From contig JBBRPW010000001.1 of NCBI GenBank assembly GCA_038227435.1, positions 9,632 to 73,631 of the forward strand: a DNA stretch of 64,000 bases, written 5' to 3'. The notes under the pieces are model-generated. The model searched no databases. It saw only the letters and a list, made by a program, of their open reading frames with translations, and was not told the origin of the DNA. Positions within the stretch are counted from its first letter, which is position 1. Every line of letters starts with the position of its first letter. This stretch comes from Minisyncoccia bacterium (GTDB lineage: Bacteria > Patescibacteriota > Minisyncoccia > Phycocordibacterales > CALRBL01). Shown in pieces: positions 58,129 to 64,000 of the stretch. The position numbers and the translations under genes are program-made.

Positions 58129-58677
58129 TTAATTTTTAGTTACCGTAAGAACTCCGTTTTCAGTTGTCACTATAAAGCTCTGTAAGTTCTGTGTATTTTG
58201 TCCGTCAGTTGCCCGAACTATTTGGATCGTAATTCGTGCGTCGTTTTTATTATCTCCAACAAATTGAGCAATTCGATATGAATTGATCCATGCTAAATAT
58301 TCTTTTCCAGCATCTGTTTTAAATAGTACTGATGAACCAGATCCAATTCTTTCAAATTTAACTGATTTTGTTTCTCCATCGATTGAAAGAGGAAAAGCTA
58401 CTTTAAATAAATCGTTATAGCTAACTCCAGCTTCTCCACTCATTACAGGTGTATTGTCATGCATCATTGATGGATTATTTTCTCCAAACACATTTCCGTG
58501 TTTCATCATTGTTGTGCTCCCGGTTTCTGAACTTGAACTCACCATATTTTCGCCATTACTTGAAGAATTCGGGAATCCAGCTTGTTTTGGCTTAGCGAGA
58601 ACGTACACTACCCCTAAGATAATAAGAAGGCCTACTACAATGCTAATAATCAGTGTTGTCTGTTTTTCGTTGGTCAT
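58129..58677 (-). CDS. Membrane-anchored hypothetical protein
   Basis: Start trimmed to MTNEKQ at 58677; N-terminal TM helix. Confidence 0.65.
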   Translation of the reverse strand: MTNEKQTTLIISIVVGLLIILGVVYVLAKPKQAGFPNSSSNGENMVSSSSETGSTTMMKHGNVFGENNPSMMHDNTPVMSGEAGVSYNDLFKVAFPLSIDGETKSVKFERIGSGSSVLFKTDAGKEYLAWINSYRIAQFVGDNKNDARITIQIVRATDGQNTQNLQSFIVTTENGVLTVTKN

Positions 58678-58750
58678 AGGGTAATAATACTTTTTTTGAG
58701 GGGTGGGAGTCAACAACGGTATATTTCTTAAAATTTTGCTAAAATAAAGT

Positions 58751-60028
58751 ATGAAATTTTCGCCCAAAGCATATCCTCCAAGTTTTTTTGATTTAACTCA
58801 AGATATCAGTAAAGATTTACCAGTTGATATTATTAAAGCGTGGACAAATAGTGATCAGTCAGGCGACATTGCAAAAAGTATTTTAGAAAAAACAAAAGTA
58901 CGCGGCACTTTAATTTCTTCAGACTCATCTGGTCTTACAAAAATGTCGCAGCATATGGGATTGATTGAGTTACTTGCAAAAATTAATCAACCAAAAGAAT
59001 TAGTGTATTCATTTGGAACTCATATTGGTGGGGAAGGTGTTGGAATTTGGGCAGCAGACAATACTGAAATGTTTTATCCCGAATCTGTTTCAACTGAATC
59101 GATTATTAACATGCTAAATAGCATTAAGAAAGAGTTATTACATACATGCGATGTAAAAATAAGTTTAGCTGCTCACTTCGGTGAATTCTACTCATTAGGA
59201 GGGGGAATGTATGGAAATGAGGCAGATTGGATTGAAAATATAGCCGAAGATCAAACAGAAGGAGGTGAAATCGTAATTTCCGAACATTTGCTCGAGAAGT
59301 TCAAAAGTTCTGATAATAACGTAAATGGCGCGTCTCTGTCATTAATAGAAAGAGAAGACTTACAATCTAAATACGGAAAAATATTTCGATTAGAAGATGG
59401 ACAAATGCTAGCTGATATTCCAAAAAATGATCCGTATTATCCAATTCCATACTCGAAAGATTTCTATGAAGATTTAATTAAGTTCAATACAAATACCGAT
59501 GAAGTACTTCTAAAGAATATGTATGAGAAGTATGTTGAAAAGTTAACTGTCGTGTTAATTGAACGTGAACGTGAAGAGGAGATTGAAACTGAGGATAAAT
59601 ATATTCATGAGGTTCGATTACTTAATGATTTAGCACTTTCAGTGGTAATGAAAAAAGCAGCTGATGCAGTTCTTTCTAAATATAATGGAACTGAAATTAA
59701 AACTGCAGGACCACTAGGAATTTATGTATTTAAAGAAAGTCAAAAAGCACTCGATTTTGCCAAAGAGCTTAAAAACAACTTGTTGAAAGATGGAGTAAGT
59801 TCAAAAACAGGTATTGATTATGGTGAGCTTTTGGTATTTACAACGCCAGACGGGCATAAAGACATTGCAGGCATGCCTGTGAATCAAGCTTCAAAGATGG
59901 CCCAGGACAAGGGTGAGTTCGGACACATATATATGAGTGCCGAGGTGGCGAAGCAAGTGAATACCGAAGGTTTCTCTAAAACTACGATTGAAGTCTCACG
60001 AGTAACAATTGATCAGTTTGTAATGTAA
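58751..60028 (+). CDS. Protein with two class III nucleotidyl cyclase-like domains
   Basis: SSDSSGLT...ADNTEMF in domain 1; GIDYGELL...DIAGMPVNQASKM in domain 2. Confidence 0.7.
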   Translation: MKFSPKAYPPSFFDLTQDISKDLPVDIIKAWTNSDQSGDIAKSILEKTKVRGTLISSDSSGLTKMSQHMGLIELLAKINQPKELVYSFGTHIGGEGVGIWAADNTEMFYPESVSTESIINMLNSIKKELLHTCDVKISLAAHFGEFYSLGGGMYGNEADWIENIAEDQTEGGEIVISEHLLEKFKSSDNNVNGASLSLIEREDLQSKYGKIFRLEDGQMLADIPKNDPYYPIPYSKDFYEDLIKFNTNTDEVLLKNMYEKYVEKLTVVLIEREREEEIETEDKYIHEVRLLNDLALSVVMKKAADAVLSKYNGTEIKTAGPLGIYVFKESQKALDFAKELKNNLLKDGVSSKTGIDYGELLVFTTPDGHKDIAGMPVNQASKMAQDKGEFGHIYMSAEVAKQVNTEGFSKTTIEVSRVTIDQFVM

Positions 60029-60172
60029 TATTCGACTTATTTTTGTTGCTAAAGCGGTATTTTAATGTTACTTTACCTCTACAAACACGAGCAGCTTTTT
60101 AGTTTGTTTCGCCTGTTGTATTTAACAAAATCAGTTTCAAACCACACAATTAATTAACAATTATAATATTTT

Positions 60173-62320
60173 ATGAATCGAGATTATCCATTAGACAAAG
60201 TACGTAACATCGGAATTATTGCGCACATCGACGCCGGAAAGACTACAACTTCTGAGCGAATTTTGTATTACACAGGAATGTCACACAAAATCGGTGAAGT
60301 TCACGATGGAGAAGCAACAACAGATTGGATGGAACAAGAAAAAGAGCGAGGTATTACAATTACCGCAGCTGCTATTACATGTTTCTGGAATCCTACGTAC
60401 CATGCGGCAGTTGGAGACAAAACTCACATGCATCGATTCAATATTATCGACACTCCTGGTCACGTAGATTTTACAGTGGAAGTAGAGCGATCTCTTAAAG
60501 TTCTCGATGGAGGAGTGGTGGTATTCGACGGAGTGGCAGGTGTGGAGCCACAATCTGAAACTGTATGGCGACAAGCTGATAAATATCACGTACCCCGAGT
60601 ATGTTTTATTAATAAACTCGATCGAACCGGAGGATCATTTGAACGATCATTCCAATCTATTGTTGACCGACTCAATAAAAGTGCAGTTCGAATGCAGCTT
60701 CCCGTAGGAGAAGAATCAAACTTTGAGGAGATCATCGATCTTCTTAAAATGAAGTGCTATGCCTTCGAAGGAGAAATGGGAGATAAAATTATCGAAAAAG
60801 ATATTCCTGAATCTCACATGGCTGATGCTGTTAAATTTCGAGCTTTACTTGTAGAAAAAATTGTTGAACACGATGACGATGCTATGACAGAATTTCTAGA
60901 TGGGAAAGAAATTTCAATTGAACGATTAAAGGCAATTCTTCGAAAGGCAACAATTGCAAATAAAATCTTTCCAGTGTTTACTGGTTCTGCCCTTAAAAAC
61001 AGAGGAGTACAGCTTGTACTTGATGCGGTGGTTGAATACCTTCCATCACCACTTGATATTCCACCAGTAAAAGGAATTGATCCAAATACAGGAGATGAAA
61101 TTACTCGAGCACCTTCTGACGAAGCTCCTTTTGCTGCTCTTGCTTTTAAACTTCAAACCGACCCATTCGTAGGACAATTAACCTTCTTCCGAGTGTATTC
61201 AGGAACAATTGAAGCTGGTTCATATATTTACAACTCAACAACAGGAAATAAAGAACGATTAGGGCGAATTGTACGACTTCAAGCTAATAAAAGAGAAGAA
61301 GTTAAAAAAGTGTTTGCCGGAGAAATTGCTGCGGCCGTAGGATTGAAAGAAGCAAAAACATCTCATACATTTTGTGACGAAAATTCTCCAATTATTTTAG
61401 ATCCTATTAAATTTGCTGAGCCGGTGGTATCGCTTCGAATTGAACCTGCAACAAAAGCCGATCAAGAAAAAATGGGTATGGCTCTTAAAAAACTTTCTGA
61501 TGAAGATCCAACTTTCCGAATTAGTTCAAACCAAGAAACAGGGGAGACAATTATTTCAGGAATGGGAGAGCTTCATCTTGAAATTATGATCGATCGGATG
61601 AAACGAGAATTTGCAGTTACTGCAAATGTTGGTAAGCCACAAGTAGCCTACCGAGAAACTATTTTAGGAACTGCTGAGGCTGAAGAAAAATATGTTAAGC
61701 AATCAGGAGGAAAAGGACAGTACGGTCACGTTAAACTGACAATCAAACCTTTAGAACCATTAGTTGAAGGAGCAAAAATTCCTAAAAACGTTAAGCGATA
61801 CGAAGATTTCGAATTCATCGACAGTATTAAAGGAGGAGTTATTCCACAAGAATTTATTCCTGCTGTTGAAAAAGGAGTTCGAGAAGCAATGGAACGAGGA
61901 ATTTCAGCTGGATTTAAAATGGTGAACATTTCATGTGATCTTACCTACGGTTCATATCACGATGTGGACTCATCTGAAATCGCCTACAAAATTGCTGCAT
62001 CAAAAGCATTTCAAGATGCCGCAAGACAAGCGAAACCAGTTATCCTTGAACCTATCATGAAGCTAGAAGTAGTTGTTCCTGAAAAATTTATGGGAGACAT
62101 TACAGGAAATTTGAACTCAAAACGAGCTCAAATTGAAGGAATGGAGGAACGAGGAATGCTTAAAGTAATTCGAGCAATGGTTCCTCTATCTGAAATGTTT
62201 GGATACACAACAACACTTCGATCGATGACAGAAGGACGAGGATCATCAACTATGGAGTTTGATCACTACGATGTAGTGCCTTCACACGTTGCAACAACAA
62301 TTGCAGAATCAAGAAAATAA
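60173..62320 (+). CDS. fusA: Elongation factor G
   Basis: AHIDAGKTT, DTPGH, NKLD, GMGELHL. Confidence 0.98.
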   Translation: MNRDYPLDKVRNIGIIAHIDAGKTTTSERILYYTGMSHKIGEVHDGEATTDWMEQEKERGITITAAAITCFWNPTYHAAVGDKTHMHRFNIIDTPGHVDFTVEVERSLKVLDGGVVVFDGVAGVEPQSETVWRQADKYHVPRVCFINKLDRTGGSFERSFQSIVDRLNKSAVRMQLPVGEESNFEEIIDLLKMKCYAFEGEMGDKIIEKDIPESHMADAVKFRALLVEKIVEHDDDAMTEFLDGKEISIERLKAILRKATIANKIFPVFTGSALKNRGVQLVLDAVVEYLPSPLDIPPVKGIDPNTGDEITRAPSDEAPFAALAFKLQTDPFVGQLTFFRVYSGTIEAGSYIYNSTTGNKERLGRIVRLQANKREEVKKVFAGEIAAAVGLKEAKTSHTFCDENSPIILDPIKFAEPVVSLRIEPATKADQEKMGMALKKLSDEDPTFRISSNQETGETIISGMGELHLEIMIDRMKREFAVTANVGKPQVAYRETILGTAEAEEKYVKQSGGKGQYGHVKLTIKPLEPLVEGAKIPKNVKRYEDFEFIDSIKGGVIPQEFIPAVEKGVREAMERGISAGFKMVNISCDLTYGSYHDVDSSEIAYKIAASKAFQDAARQAKPVILEPIMKLEVVVPEKFMGDITGNLNSKRAQIEGMEERGMLKVIRAMVPLSEMFGYTTTLRSMTEGRGSSTMEFDHYDVVPSHVATTIAESRK

Positions 62321-62350
62321 TTAAACAAAGTTTTCTTCACTTAGTTATAT

Positions 62351-62380
62351 AAAATAGCCCCACCTGGGGCTGTTTTATTT
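62351..62380 (+). terminator. Intrinsic terminator after fusA
   Basis: aaaatagcccca-cc-tggggctgtttt followed by T run. Confidence 0.8.
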
Positions 62381-62489
62381 TCTCTCAAGTGTATTGCTTG
62401 AATTTTCAGTAATTAATGATAGTTTAGAGCAGGTCAAGAACTACCCAAGTTCTTTGAGAAAAGTCAGTTTCACCCCAACCCTAGTCATT

Positions 62490-62951
62490 ATGAAGACATC
62501 CGTTACGTCGGTTACGCCAGTGAACCTTCATCGTTCTAATATTCAAGAACGTACTATCCGGTACTTCTTGGATTCGATCTATGAAAACAATCTTCGCCTT
62601 GGTGTGGAGTCATCGCCATTCATGCTCGGTGTGCAACATATCGGAACTGCTGTGGTTGTATCTGTGCCAAACACTGAATCCGTTCGAGTGGAATTTTCTC
62701 GAACCTCCACTCCATATCCAAAGACAGGAAGTGTCCAGTATGAGGTGGAAACTCTATACACCCCAAGCGTCTTTACGGACGAAAAGTTTGTCCATTCTTT
62801 GGCACAGGATGGATATCTGTTGGAGTTTGTTGCAGCAGTTGAGATTCATCTTCTGTGGGAAGTTCATTGCGGACGCCTGCTTTCTGAAGAAGCAGAAGGT
62901 CGTGGAAGGGAAATCATGGGTGGATGGCCCTCCACCGATTGGTGTAATTGA
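62490..62951 (+). CDS. Hypothetical protein
   Basis: Start trimmed to ATG 62490 after tcaccccaaccc leader; more GC-rich than neighbours. Confidence 0.55.
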   Translation: MKTSVTSVTPVNLHRSNIQERTIRYFLDSIYENNLRLGVESSPFMLGVQHIGTAVVVSVPNTESVRVEFSRTSTPYPKTGSVQYEVETLYTPSVFTDEKFVHSLAQDGYLLEFVAAVEIHLLWEVHCGRLLSEEAEGRGREIMGGWPSTDWCN

Positions 62952-63070
62952 GTCGATCCGCTCTTGTTAGGGTGTAGTTCCTAACCCCAAATGCCGTTTA
63001 AGAATGCGAAAGCAAACTTGAACGGTGTTTTTTTATTTCTAATATTTTTGTTGTGTTACAATATTTTAAT

Positions 63071-63454
63071 ATGTTAGAGGTTGTTTCTGATTATTTTAGT
63101 TGGCATTATTCTCAATCGTTTAAAGATTTGAGTGCTCTTATTTCTCGTTTCGGTTCATTTATTTTAAAATTTTTTTCAATAAAAATTTTAATCAAAACTT
63201 TTTTTACTCCTTGGAAATTAATTATCGATCACTCTCATAATCGAAAGTTATACGAAATAACTTCAGCTTTTGTTATTACCAATATAATGAGGTTAATTGG
63301 AGTAATTATTCGAACATTTGTAATTATTATGGGTTTAATTAGCTATTTAATATTTAATCTCATTTCAATTTTTATATATATTATCTGGTTTCTAATCCCT
63401 CTTATTTTACTAGGAATTGTATTTCTTTTATTTCAAAAGCTCGTAAATATATGA
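63071..63454 (+). CDS. Conserved CPR-type small membrane protein
   Basis: YFSWHY...FFSI..L.KTFF.PWK...R.IG...R pattern; start at ATG 63071. Confidence 0.7.
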   Translation: MLEVVSDYFSWHYSQSFKDLSALISRFGSFILKFFSIKILIKTFFTPWKLIIDHSHNRKLYEITSAFVITNIMRLIGVIIRTFVIIMGLISYLIFNLISIFIYIIWFLIPLILLGIVFLLFQKLVNI

Positions 63455-64000
63455 TTAACCGAGATATTTTAAAAAAATATGGTGCTTTGCTTAAGCTTGA
63501 AAAGCATTTTCCACATCGAAACAGGCGTAAAATTAAGCGCTTTCTGTCATATGTTTTAGCACTTTCTGCTCTAAGTCTTATTTTACCCAGCCTTAAGTTA
63601 ATTGGTGTAATTATAACCGCAGCTCTCTTAATTAGTTGGATCAAACTTGCATTATTAGAGCTCTATTTCTATTCAAAATATGATTTATTAAAAAATGAAG
63701 GTCTCTCCTTCTCACTACTGTCTCTCGAATATGACATTCAAACTTCAACCAAAAGTAAGCTAAACGCACTAATTAATAACGAAATTGGAATCGTTCTCCT
63801 TGCAAGGTTGGGTGTCCTTATCGATTTAAAAATATTAGATAAAGAAACTCTAAATCAAACAGTGACTAACTCAACTAAATATGAAGATGAGGATAAAAAT
63901 GTTGCAAACTTCATCTTTAATATTTCTTTAGGAAATGATGCGACAAAAGAGATCTTTAGAAAACATGCGGTGAGTGAAAAACAAATTAAACGCTCATTTA
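63451..64000 (+). CDS. Membrane-anchored protein, partial (possibly N-terminus of a ClpA/B-like AAA ATPase)
   Basis: ATG 63451, MINRDILKKYGALLKLEKHFPH..., TM segments, RLG motif; product inferred from gene context only. Confidence 0.45.
   Translation, partial: MINRDILKKYGALLKLEKHFPHRNRRKIKRFLSYVLALSALSLILPSLKLIGVIITAALLISWIKLALLELYFYSKYDLLKNEGLSFSLLSLEYDIQTSTKSKLNALINNEIGIVLLARLGVLIDLKILDKETLNQTVTNSTKYEDEDKNVANFIFNISLGNDATKEIFRKHAVSEKQIKRSF

Noticed and set aside
1-64000. Alternative genetic code (UGA recoding as in Gracilibacteria/SR1)
   Set aside because: Conserved genes translate full-length under the standard bacterial code.

Overview
AT-rich bacterial chromosomal segment with gene content typical of Patescibacteria/CPR, most like Parcubacteria (inferred from gene families, not from a search). 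It carries housekeeping genes (rsmA, pcrA/uvrD, rpsO, xerC-like, xth, CCA-adding enzyme, hup, rny, clpP, rsmE, tig, ppa, nusA, tpiA, pgk, recJ, rnhA, sod, rpmB, rpsL, rpsG, fusA), four tRNAs, a type IV pilus cluster, comEC and several secreted or surface proteins. The standout is a ~4.9 kb, visibly more GC-rich island at ~41.7-46.6 kb between a TrmB-family regulator and a HIT gene. From a near-consensus sigma70 promoter it encodes eight small ORFs interleaved with four co-oriented type III hammerhead ribozymes (two identical, 922 nt apart). It also holds three families of duplicated structured elements with predicted pseudoknots placed at ORF 3' ends, two ~340-380 nt multi-helix non-coding RNAs, and a stand-alone protein resembling the Csx3/Crn3 ring nuclease. 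A divergent transcript carries two M-x-D-amber minigenes. The island looks like a self-processing RNA cassette system. All structures were folded by eye and all protein calls come from motif recognition; no computation or database search was run.
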